A stretch of 62,920 bases of DNA, filler included, from Octopus bimaculoides (taxonomy: Eukaryota): assembly GCF_001194135.2 (NCBI RefSeq). It is 4 parts of 3 records of this genome, joined end to end, with 100 filler letters (N's around TTAATTAATTAA, not from the genome) between each part and the next. Parts side by side here need not be neighbours in the genome. Positions count along the whole stretch, not along the records: positions 46,017 to 59,053 come from NC_068986.1; positions 59,154 to 62,920 come from NW_026355953.1; 2 more parts are not named here. One strand, 5' to 3'. A program made the translations under genes and the position numbers. Positions within the stretch are counted from its first letter, which is position 1; each line of letters starts with the position of its first letter. This document shows positions 51,467 to 62,920 of the stretch, piece by piece. The notes under the pieces are model-generated. The model searched no databases. It was not told the origin of the DNA and saw only the letters and a list, made by a program, of their open reading frames with translations.

Positions 51467-52349
51467 NNNNNNNNNNNNNNNNNNNNNNNNNNNNNNNNNN
51501 NNNNNNNNNNNNNNNNNNNNNNNNNNNNNNNNNNNNNNNNNNNNNNNNNNNNNNNNNNNNNNNNNNNNNNNNNNNNNNNNNNNNNNNNNNNNNNNNNNNN
51601 NNNNNNNNNNNNNNNNNNNNNNNNNNNNNNNNNNNNNNNNNNNNNNNNNNNNNNNNNNNNNNNNNNNNNNNNNNNNNNNNNNNNNNNNNNNNNNNNNNNN
51701 NNNNNNNNNNNNNNNNNNNNNNNNNNNNNNNNNNNNNNNNNNNNNNNNNNNNNNNNNNNNNNNNNNNNNNNNNNNNNNNNNNNNNNNNNNNNNNNNNNNN
51801 NNNNNNNNNNNNNNNNNNNNNNNNNNNNNNNNNNNNNNNNNNNNNNNNNNNNNNNNNNNNNNNNNNNNNNNNNNNNNNNNNNNNNNNNNNNNNNNNNNNN
51901 NNNNNNNNNNNNNNNNNNNNNNNNNNNNNNNNNNNNNNNNNNNNNNNNNNNNNNNNNNNNNNNNNNNNNNNNNNNNNNNNNNNNNNNNNNNNNNNNNNNN
52001 NNNNNNNNNNNNNNNNNNNNNNNNNNNNNNNNNNNNNNNNNNNNNNNNNNNNNNNNNNNNNNNNNNNNNNNNNNNNNNNNNNNNNNNNNNNNNNNNNNNN
52101 NNNNNNNNNNNNNNNNNNNNNNNNNNNNNNNNNNNNNNNNNNNNNNNNNNNNNNNNNNNNNNNNNNNNNNNNNNNNNNNNNNNNNNNNNNNNNNNNNNNN
52201 NNNNNNNNNNNNNNNNNNNNNNNNNNNNNNNNNNNNNNNNNNNNNNNNNNNNNNNNNNNNNNNNNNNNNNNNNNNNNNNNNNNNNNNNNNNNNNNNNNNN
52301 NNNNNNNNNNNNNNNNNNNNNNNNNNNNNNNNNNNNNNNNNNNGTCTAT

Positions 52350-52379
52350 TTAGGAGAAAGGATAATGATAATAATAATG

Positions 52380-52427
<48 letters not shown>

Positions 52428-52491
52428 GTAATAGTAATAATAATAATGATTATTATTATTATTATTATTGTTGTTGTTGTTGTTGTTGTTG

Positions 52492-52523
<32 letters not shown>
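52350..52523. repeat. (AAT)n switching to (TTA)/(TTG)n
   Basis: Direct reading. Confidence 0.95.
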
Positions 52524-54228
52524 GTCATTTTTAATTTTAATCTGCATGTTTGTTATAGTCACTTGGCGAGTGAAGCATAAGAGATGTTACAGTATGACTG
52601 AAAGCTTGGGGAAGGGAAGTAGCGAAATATATTCGTGTACTACAGCACTGACATTTAAATAAATAGGGTTTTTCTAAGGATTCAGGCAGTACTTGTTAGC
52701 GCAATCTTTTGGATTTCTCTGAGACATCGTTCTCCTGGGATCTTATCTAGATATTTCTGACATCCCTTTTGTTATCATACCTAGGTAAGATAACTTACAA
52801 TCGCAGGAACAGTTCTCGTTTTAAGATGCCACATCTTTTGTATTTCAATATCCAGGTCCTTATATTTACATAGTTTGTAAAATTCCTTGACAAATATTTT
52901 TTTTTATCAGTGGGAACACTTATATCTGTTAGTGTACAAGTATTTTCTTCCTTGTCTTTAATAATTATGTCTTGTCGATTAGCCTGGATCGTTATGTCAG
53001 TGTTAACTGGAAAACCCCTGAGGATAGTGAATTTTTTCCCTTTAATGACTGGCGTAGGATGATGTACATATCAGTAAGCAGATCCTTCAGATCGTCCATA
53101 TAAAACAGATTGTTTATTGTCGTATTGTAAACTTAGAACCCATACCAGGTGTTATTTAGTTCGTTTGGGAGTGGGATCAGTGCCATTCAAAAGAGTAATG
53201 GGTAGAGGGACTCACCTCGAAAGATGCCTCGTTTGATGTTGATGTTGTTAGTTTGGCTCATCCCATTATTGTGGTTTAGAATGAGACGTGTGTTCCACTT
53301 GGTTATGCTACCTTGCATGAATTTGGAGGTGAGAGAAGAGATCTTACATATTTCAAGGACCTTGGACACTATCAAACGCTTTCCTGTAGTCTATCCATGC
53401 CATACTCAGGTTCTTTTTGCTCAAGCAATTCTCTAGAATCATTTTATTTATGAGTAATTGAACTTTGCACTCATAAGAATTTCTTTTACAGCCTTTTGAG
53501 CTTCTCGAAGGATAGATCTCTGTTCAGGGAAAGCGTATATTCTGTCAGTTAATGTAGATGTGAGGATCTTATAGGTGGCGTTGAGACTTGTTATTGCTCG
53601 GTAGTTCTTTGGACATTGTGTCTTCAGATTTTGGTAGAAGATATGTTGTTCCTTCGGTCAGCCAGGCAGGCATTTGCTCTGGGTTCTGGATGACATCAGT
53701 TAGAGATGCAGCTAAATTTTGGTGTACTTCTTTCAGGCAATTTAACCAGAAGTTAGGAATTCGGCACATTCCTAGAGTTTTCCATTTGTGAGACTTCTTA
53801 AGAATACTTCTTAGCTGTTCTATTCCTAGTGCCTTGCATTTCTGCTTTTCAGCTTCACCCAGTCTCACTTTCTTACGCTTTATCCAGTGAATTTCAGCAT
53901 TATATTCTTTTTTGTTGCTCTATATATTCTTCCATTTCCTCAGTCTTGGGTGGCTCCTTTCCTTCTGTCTTACTTTTGCCAATTTCCCTATAAAATTTCG
54001 TTACATCCGTCTTGAATATCTAGTTTTGTCGATAAAATTTGATTCTTTTGTCATAGCTTCTAAGCTGTTGGGCTTTCAGTTGTATTCGTTGTTTCAACAG
54101 TTCCTTGGTTGCAGGGAGGTTTAGAAAACATTTGATTTTATATTTTTGCTGGATTTTTCTAGCTTGTTTCGCCTTAATATTTACTTCTCTCGCAAGTTCA
54201 TCGCTCTTTTTGTATTGCTACTTCCACT
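52524..54228 (-). mobile_element. R4/Dong-type LINE, internally deleted, bracketed by (TAA)n
   Basis: KQRIQLKAQQLRSYDKRIKFYRQN, IPNFWL...LTEGTTYLLPK, IKRGIFRGESLYPLLF, YMDDLK, YLDKIPGERCLREIQKIALT; TAA arrays at both ends. Confidence 0.9.
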
Positions 54229-54261
54229 TATTATTATTATTATTATCGTTATCATCATCAC

Positions 54262-54398
<137 letters not shown>

Positions 54399-54535
54399 TT
54401 TAAAAAAAGGATTGGCGAAACTCTTCACGAAGGTAAATANNNNNNNNNNNNNNNNNNNNNNNNNNNNNNNNNNNNNNNNNNNNNNNNNNNNNNNNNNNNN
54501 NNNNNNNNNNNNNNNNNNNNNNNNNNNNNNNNNNN

Positions 54536-54678
54536 AGAGTGAGATTTTAGATGTTTTATTTTTTGAACAATATTTCGACAGAACGTCTGTCTTTCTCAAG
54601 TTCAAACCAAAGGGTGATTGAAAATTCAAAATTTCAGAAACCAAACGTAAACTATGAACGTGAGTAACCAGCGTCCAT
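54536..54678 (-). repeat. Family D repeat, second copy
   Basis: Near-identical to about 45760-45898; right end abuts (CAT)n/(TTA)n, left side is an N gap. Confidence 0.8.
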
Positions 54679-54726
54679 CATCATCATCATCATCATCATC
54701 ATTATTATTATTATTATTATTATTAC

Positions 54727-54770
<44 letters not shown>

Positions 54771-54771
<1 letters not shown>

Positions 54772-54983
54772 GGCAGTGAACTGGCAGAATCGTTAGCACG
54801 CCGGTCGAAATGCCTAGTGGTATTTCGTCTGTCTTTACGTTCTGATTACAAATTCCGCCGGGGTCAATTTTGCCTTTCATCTTTTCGGGGTCGATTAAAT
54901 AAGTACCAGTTATGCACTGGTGTCGATGTAATCGACATAATCTCTTCCCCTAAATTTGAAACCTTGTCCTTCCAGTAGAAAGG

Positions 54984-54985
<2 letters not shown>
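54771..54985 (+). mobile_element. tRNA-derived SINE (family A), near full-length
   Basis: GGCAGTGAACTGGCAGAATCGTTAGCACGCCGG...TTCGGGGTCGATTAAATAAGTACCAG...AGTAGAAAGG-(ATC)n. Confidence 0.88.
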
Positions 54986-55034
<49 letters not shown>

Positions 55035-55062
55035 GTTATTATTATTATTATTATTATTATTA

Positions 55063-55440
55063 TTTCTCTTTATCGCATGTTACTTTAGAGCTCCTGAAGT
55101 CTTACCTGCGTAGCGAGCATGCTACCTGCAGCCTTCGGTACCATGCCATCCGTTCTTTCCAGCTATCTAATACTTTCCAGATTATTCTGCCTGTGCCAAG
55201 GGGTCAAAACCTTTTGTTACAGTTCGACTGGATATTCTATTACAATTTCCTTTATATTTCGCCTGATGCCTTCTGATACTGTTCCCAAGAACCCAACAAT
55301 AATTAGCACTATATTCACCTTCTTCCTTTTCCATAGCCAGACTATTTTGTACCTAAGAGGGTTGTAGTTATCTATTTTTTCGCCTTCCATCTTGACTATT
55401 CGTGTGAATGAATACACCTAACCAGCTGTTACTGTGACCT
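55063..55440 (-). mobile_element. R4/Dong-type LINE 3' end on (TAA)n
   Basis: EKIDNYNPLRYKIVWLWKRKKVNIVLIIVGFLGTVSEGI...L*QKV (RLE C-terminus); 3' UTR runs into (TAA)n at about 55036-55062. Confidence 0.8.
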
Positions 55441-56106
55441 GTTCGTTTGGCTTTTGTAGTGTTAAATGAATGCTGCCTAGCGTTTACTTGGGTTGGAAAT
55501 CTCATCTCACCCGCTCCAAACCTTCTCGCTGGAGCGCTGTATGATTTAGTGCCCGAGACTGGTTAGAAACACTTCGAATCTAATGTTACATAACAACAGT
55601 AAGTTCAAATGCCTTTTGCGTAGATAATTTGCAAGCATGAGCAGAATTTGCCGTTTGACTGAAATATTTCTTTCGCCCATCAACTACTAACAAGTATGGA
55701 AATGTAAAATTTTTCCTTTCTAGAAATCGAAAGTTAACGAACATTGAATAATAGCTAACCTAACATCGTCAGATTATGCAGAAAACCTAACACAATCATC
55801 AATGCTGAGTGAGCGGAGACAAAAAGGATAGGAGAGCAGATGAAATCAATAATGTTGGTGTTGAGGATTTCATAAGAGAGATCAGATAAACAATATCACG
55901 CATTGAAAACAAAATCAAACACATACGATAAAGCGACTATCAGGCTGCAATAGCAGCGGTTTATATAATAGCAAGTCTTCAAAGCGGCTTTCTCAAATAC
56001 GTTCATATTCATTCATATTCTCACCGTCGCCATTTTACATACATATAAAAGAGAAGCAACAAACAAGGTATGAGCAGTGTAGAGAGTATTGGAATTAATA
56101 GAAGAG

Positions 56107-56140
<34 letters not shown>

Positions 56141-56434
56141 TGTGGATGGTTGTTCAGCTATATAACTGTGTACTGTAATAAATTATAGCGGCAAACATAA
56201 TGAAGTGGGATAAACAGGGAAGTAAATGAAGAGGAAGAAGAGGGGGGAGGAGGGGGAGGAAGAGAATGGAGAAGAAGAAGAAGGAGACGAAGAAGAAGAA
56301 AAAGAAGAAGAAGAAGAAGAAGATGAAGAAAGACAAGAAAGTAAAGCCATTTAATTTAACGTTATGATAAATAGGATATAGACAAGAAATAATGACCCGA
56401 ATTCGTAGAAGACATTCATAAAATCTGGTAATAA

Positions 56435-56484
56435 TAATGATAATGCTACTGCTGCTGATAAAAGTAATAGTAATAATGATAATA

Positions 56485-56544
<60 letters not shown>

Positions 56545-56705
56545 GTAGTAGTAGTAGTAGTAAAAATAATAATAAGATGAATAATAATAATAAGATGAAT
56601 AATAATAATAATAATAACAATAATAATAATAAAAAGAATTCAAACATATCATTATGCTTATAATTATAATGTAGAACATGATAACGGCAGTGGCGACGAC
56701 GATAG

Positions 56706-56765
<60 letters not shown>

Positions 56766-56920
56766 CAACGATGATGATGATGAAGACGATGCCAATGCTG
56801 TTGCTGCTTCTGCTGCTGATATGGAGAGCGATGATGATGATGATGTTGACAACGACGACAACGATGATGATGATGATGATGATGGTAGTGGTGGTGATGA
56901 TGATGATGATGATGATGATA
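56435..56920. repeat. Compound (AAT)/(TAG)/(GAT) microsatellite fields
   Basis: Direct reading. Confidence 0.95.
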
Positions 56921-57039
56921 GCAACGAAACTGCTGCTATTCCGACTTAAAGCTAATATTAATGCTGAAAAGAACCGAAATCGTTATTAAAATAATAAACA
57001 AAAATAAGCAAAGATAATAACAACAGCATTGATAATAAG

Positions 57040-57361
57040 AAGCGCTCCAACGCCGACCACGCCATAAACAACAGTACTATATATTAATAACGGGTAGAGA
57101 AGGCGCTTCTTCAACATATGGTGTCGAATATATATTTGTTAAACAACATCTCAGCCCCCCCCCCTCCTCGCCGCCGACGCCGCCGACGCCGCCGCCGCCA
57201 CGCGTCGTCAGCCATTTTGCATTCTTTGAAGAAGAAGAAGAAAAAAGAAATAATGGTAAAACCGGAACCAATGTTGGAACAATGCAATCGCCTTGCACAG
57301 GATTTGCCATTATGGGCGTTTATCGGCAACGATGCTACTGCTGCTGCTGCTGTTGCCGCTG

Positions 57362-57420
<59 letters not shown>

Positions 57421-57490
57421 GATGCTGCTGCTTCTCGTCCTCATTCTCGTCCTCCTTCTCCTCCTCCTTCACCTCCGCAACAGTAATAGT
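57040..57490. promoter_or_regulatory. CpG/GC-rich patch, possible promoter or first exon
   Basis: (GCC/GAC)n run 57168-57200, YY1-like GCCATTTTG at about 57211, non-repetitive ATG-led frames on both strands. Confidence 0.35.
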
Positions 57491-57577
57491 AATAGTAGTG
57501 TTAGTAGCAGCATCTGCTATACTATAGGTTGTAGTCGTAGCAACAGCATCAGCAATAGTTGTAGTAGTAGTAGTAGC

Positions 57578-57623
<46 letters not shown>

Positions 57624-57830
57624 ATAGCACAACAGTTGTAGTAGTGGTAGTACTAGTAGTAGTAGTAGTAGTAGTAGTAATAGTAGTGGTAGTAGTAGTA
57701 GTAGTAGTATTAGTAATAGTAGTGGTAGTAGTAGTAGTAGTAGTAATAGTAGTGGCAGTAGTAGCAGTAATAGTAGTAGTAGAAGTAGTGGTAGTAGTAG
57801 TGGTAGTAGTAGAAGTAGTGGTGGTAGTAA
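57490..57830. repeat. (AGT)n degenerate microsatellite
   Basis: Direct reading. Confidence 0.95.
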
Positions 57831-59053
57831 CTGTGAGATAATCTGACTTCTTAACTAAATTCTAAGACAAGTCTCTAAGACGAGCACCCCACCCAACTGG
57901 TCCTTTATTTTGTCTGACTCCCGAAGGATCAAGGAACGGATTGATTGAGAATTGGGAGACTAATTCGTCGTAGTTGTTCTGTCTCTCTCTCTCTCTCTGT
58001 CTCTCTCTCTCTCTGTGTGTGTCTCTCTCTCTCTCTGTTGTGAGTTCAAATCCTGCTGAAATCAACTTTACTCTTCATCCACATCTTCGCCATAATCGTC
58101 ATCCTCATCATTATCGCTAGCACCGTCGTCGTCGTCGTCATCATCGTCGCCACCACCACCACCACCACCACCACCACCATCATCATCATCGTCGTCGTCG
58201 TCGTCGTCATCATAGAATCTTTTGATGAAGAAAACAACTCCTTCCTCCCTCCGGGAATGAAGTCCCATATTTTTGCCTTCATGAGTGCAACGCGCATAAA
58301 ACCAGTAGGCCACGAAACCTCAATAACGAAAACGATGGTGATGAAATAATAATAATAATGATAATAATAATAATAATTATTATTATCATTATTATTATAA
58401 AATGTATTGTAATACTAAAAATATATCTTCAACAAAATACATTCTCAGTAAATGAGAATGCAGAATAAAATTAAAAGAGTAGAAGGAAGAGGACGCGGAG
58501 TAGTAGTAGTAGTAGTAGTAGGAGGAGGAGGAGGAAGTGCAGGAGGAGGAGGAGGAAGGGGAAAGGACTGTGTTGTATTAGTGATAAATATTAGAAGAAC
58601 ATAGAGAGCGAAAACAATAAAGACATCATAAATAATGACAAGAGTATTGGACATAAATAACCATAAAATTAACGAGTAATATGTAGACACCACACAGACA
58701 CACAGGCACACACACACACTGTCTCAAACGCACACAGACGCACACACATATTTGAAAACCAAAAGGCACAACCACAAACGTTACTAAAGCGACTCAGAGT
58801 GCAAACCGCAATTGCTAGAAATAAGAGTTAAAACAACTTTTGATATTTCTACCAATGTTGGTACTGATTTGCATGCTTAATCGCTTTTTAGTGACGTTTC
58901 TTTTTCTTGCGTCTAACCACCTGGATAATTTATAACTTTCACTTTACCATTTTGCGGAATTAACAATTGATTCCTATTGTATTAACTCTAGGCAGCTGAA
59001 TGCCATTGATGAGAATTTATTCAAACCTCGCTCGTTTGTTAGTAAATTTATGT

Positions 59054-59153
59054 NNNNNNNNNNNNNNNNNNNNNNNNNNNNNNNNNNNNNNNNNNNNTTA
59101 ATTAATTAANNNNNNNNNNNNNNNNNNNNNNNNNNNNNNNNNNNNNNNNNNNN
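59054..59153. other. Artificial scaffold-join spacer
   Basis: 44N-TTAATTAATTAA-44N. Confidence 0.9.
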
Positions 59154-62100
59154 ACGTACGGACAAACGAAAGAACGAACAAACGAGCGAAACGAACAATC
59201 GAATGAACGTCTGTACGTACGTCCGGACGCAGGAACGAACGTACGTACGTACGAAAGAACGAACAAACGAACGAACTAACGTACGTACGTACGAAAGTAA
59301 GAACTAAATAACGAACGTAAGAACGAACGGACGAACGAACGAGTGAAACGCATGAACGAAGGAACGATCGTTTACACGTACGTACTTACGAACGAGCGAA
59401 CGAACGAACGTACGTTCGTAAGAGCGAACAAACGTACGTAAGAACGTACGGGCAGACGAAAGAACGAACGAACGTACGTATGTACGGACGTACGTAACGA
59501 ATGAACGAACGAACGAACGTACGTACATACATACGAGCGAATGAACGTACGTATGAACGAACGAACGGAAGAACGAAAGAAAGAACGAACGAACGTACGT
59601 ACGAAGGAAAGAACGAACGTACGTACGTAAGAACGAACTAACGAACGAACGAACGTACGTACATACATACGAGCGAATGAACGTACGTATGAACGANNNN
59701 NNNNNNNNNNNNNNNNNNNNNNNNNNNNNNNNNNNNNNNNNNNNNNNNNNNNNNNNNNNNNNNNNNNNNNNNNNNNNNNNNNNNNNNNNNNNNNNNNNNN
59801 NNNNNNNNNNNNNNNNNNNNNNNNNNNNNNNNNNNNNNNNNNNNNNNNNNNNNNNNNNNNNNNNNNNNNNNNNNNNNNNNNNNNNNNNNNNNNNNNNNNN
59901 NNNNNNNNNNNNNNNNNNNNNNNNNNNNNNNNNNNNNNNNNNNNNNNNNNNNNNNNNNNNNNNNNNNNNNNNNNNNNNNNNNNNNNNNNNNNNNNNNNNN
60001 NNNNNNNNNNNNNNNNNNNNNNNNNNNNNNNNNNNNNNNNNNNNNNNNNNNNNNNNNNNNNNNNNNNNNNNNNNNNNNNNNNNNNNNNNNNNNNNNNNNN
60101 NNNNNNNNNNNNNNNNNNNNNNNNNNNNNNNNNNNNNNNNNNNNNNNNNNNNNNNNNNNNNNNNNNNNNNNNNNNNNNNNNNNNNNNNNNNNNNNNNNNN
60201 NNNNNNNNNNNNNNNNNNNNNNNNNNNNNNNNNNNNNNNNNNNNNNNNNNNNNNNNNNNNNNNNNNNNNNNNNNNNNNNNNNNNNNNNNNNNNNNNNNNN
60301 NNNNNNNNNNNNNNNNNNNNNNNNNNNNNNNNNNNNNNNNNNNNNNNNNNNNNNNNNNNNNNNNNNNNNNNNNNNNNNNNNNNNNNNNNNNNNNNNNNNN
60401 NNNNNNNNNNNNNNNNNNNNNNNNNNNNNNNNNNNNNNNNNNNNNNNNNNNNNNNNNNNCGAAAGAACGAACTAACGAAAGAAAGTACGAACTAACTCTC
60501 GTACGTACGAACGAACGAACGAAGAAACGTACGTACATAAGTCCGTACGTACGAAAGAACGAACGTACATACGTATGTACGTACGAAGGACCGAACCAAC
60601 GAAATGAACAAACGAGCGAACAAACGAAAGAACGAAAGAACGAACTAACGAAAGAAAGTACGAACTAACTCTCGTACGTACGAACGAACGAACGAACTAA
60701 CGAACGAACGTAAGTACGTACGAACGAAAGAACGAACGTACGTACGTACGGAGGAACGAACTAACGAACGAACGAACGAACTTACGAACGAACGAACAAA
60801 CAATCGAATGCACGCTTATACGTACGTCCGGACGCAGGAACGAACGTACGTACGTACGAACGAACAAACGAACGAACGTACGTACGTACGAACGAACAAA
60901 CGAACGAACGTACGTATTTGCGTACGTACGAACGAAAGTAAGAACTAAATAACGAACGTTCGTACGTAAGAACGAACGAACGAAGGAACGATCATCCACA
61001 CGTACGTACGAACGTACGTACGAACGAACGAACGTACGTAAGAACGAACGATCGTACGTAAGAACGTACGGACAGACGAAAGAACGAACGAACGAGCGAA
61101 ACGAACGAACGTAAGTACCTACGCTCGTACGTACGAACGAACGAACGAAAGAAAGAACGAACGAAATCAAGTACGTACGTACGAACGAACGAACCAACCA
61201 ACGTATGTACGTACGAATGAACGAACGAACAAACGAACAAACGAACGAACTAACGTACGTACTTAAGAATGAACGAAAGAAAGGAGGATCGTACCAACGA
61301 TCGATCGAACGAACGAACGAACAAAAGAATGAACGAACTTACGTACGTACGTATGTAGGTTCACACGAAATATCGAACGAACGTACGTACATGCGAGCGA
61401 ACGAAGGATCGAACGAACGAACGAATGAACGAACGAACTTACGAACGAATGAACGAACAATCGAATGAACGTTTGTACGTACGTCCGGACGCAGGAACGA
61501 ACGTACGTACGTACGAACGAAAGTAAGAACTAAATAACGAACGTAAGAACGAACGGACGAACGAACGAGTGAAACGCATGAACGAAGGAACGATCGTTTA
61601 CACGTACGTACTTACGAACGAGCGAACGAACGAACGTACGTCCGTAAGAGCGAACGAACGTACGTAAGAACGTACGGACAGACGAAANNNNNNNNNNNNN
61701 NNNNNNNNNNNNNNNNNNNNNNNNNNNNNNNNNNNNNNNNNNNNNNNNNNNNNNNNNNNNNNNNNNNNNNNNNNNNNNNNNNNNNNNNNNNNNNNNNNNN
61801 NNNNNNNNNNNNNNNNNNNNNNNNNNNNNNNNNNNNNNNNNNNNNNNNNNNNNNNNNNNNNNNNNNNNNNNNNNNNNNNNNNNNNNNNNNNNNNNNNNNN
61901 NNNNNNNNNNNNNNNNNNNNNNNNNNNNNNNNNNNNNNNNNNNNNNNNNNNNNNNNNNNNNNNNNNNNNNNNNNNNNNNNNNNNNNNNNNNNNNNNNNNN
62001 NNNNNNNNNNNNNNNNNNNNNNNNNNNNNNNNNNNNNNNNNNNNNNGGTTCACACGAAATATCGAACGAACGTACGTACATGCGAGCGAACGAAGGATCG

Positions 62101-62920
62101 AACGAACGAACGAATGAACGAACGAACTTACGAACGAATGAACGAACAATCGAATGAACGTTTGTACGTACGTCCGGACGCAGGAACGAACGTACGTACG
62201 AACGAACGAACGTGCATAAGTACGTACGTGCGTACGTACGTACGAACGAAGGAATATAAGAACAAAATAACGAACGTTCGTACGTAAGAACAAACGAACG
62301 AACGAACGGACGAACGAACGAACGAGCGAAACGAACGACCAAAGGATCGAACGAATAATCGTACGTTAGTACCTACGTACGTACGAAAGAACGTTCGTTC
62401 GTTCGTTATTTCGTTCGTTCGTACATACGTACGTACGCACGTAGATACGCATGTACGTTCATTTGTTCGTTCGTACATACGCACGTTCGTTATTGCGTCC
62501 GGACGTACTTACGTAAGAACGTACGGACAGCCGAAAGAACGAACGAACGTACGTACCTACGTTCGTACGTACGAACGAACGAACGAAAGAAAGAACGAAC
62601 GAAATCACGTACGTACGTACGAACGAACGAACCAACCAACGATTGTTCGTTCGTTCGTTCGTTCATTCGTACGTATGTTCATTCGTTCGTTAGTTCGTTC
62701 TTACGTACGTACCTTCGTTCGTTCGTTCTTTCTTTCGTTCTTCCGTTCGTTCGTTCATACGTACGTTCGTTCGTTCGTATGTATGTACGTACGTTCGTTT
62801 GTTCTTTCGTTGTTAGGTACGTACGTTCATTCGTTCATTCATGTTGTCCGGACGCACGTCCTGACGCCCGTCCGGACGCACGTCCGGACGCATAAGTACG
62901 TACGTGCGTACGTACGTACG
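59154..62920. repeat. Complex ACGA/ACGT tetranucleotide-derived satellite with higher-order blocks and inversions
   Basis: GAAC/GTAC units throughout; landmarks CAATCGAATG...GTCCGGACGCAGG at about 59196, 60801, 61459, 62148. Confidence 0.92.

Noticed and set aside
56018-56032. AAAATGGCGACG|GTGAGA on the minus strand (three-codon first exon, YY1-like)
   Set aside because: Too short to support; AAAATGGCG also occurs inside repeats here (e.g. about 33035)
59154-62920. CRISPR-like or RSFV/TNER repeat-protein reading of the terminal array
   Set aside because: No unique spacers or cas genes; the peptides are just the translation of 4-bp units

Overview
AT-rich, microsatellite-saturated animal genomic DNA from a gapped draft assembly. 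The SINE families and repeat load look like a coleoid cephalopod, probably Octopus (inferred from recall, not searched). Three artificial 100-bp spacers (44 N + TTAATTAATTAA + 44 N) split the window into four scaffold pieces, so adjacency across them is not assured. No complete gene can be supported; most ORFs in the track are microsatellite or N artefacts. The window is mainly a transposon graveyard: R4/Dong-type, Tx1-type, RTE and CR1/L2-type LINE fragments, tRNA-derived SINEs, two mariners, a DD34E Tc1, a maT-like fragment, a Gypsy integrase plus 3' LTR, and a Helentron-associated (HINE-like) element. The clearest higher-order pattern is a (TAA)n 'landing-pad' system: four R4/Dong 3' ends and two non-coding families all sit in the same orientation with their 3' ends on (TAA)n tracts, in stacked clusters at 13.6-17.0 kb and 52.3-55.4 kb. 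The last 3.8 kb is a CpG-dense ACGA/ACGT satellite with higher-order blocks and orientation flips. A few isolated candidate exons and one pre-miRNA-like hairpin merit checking. Element boundaries are approximate unless stated.
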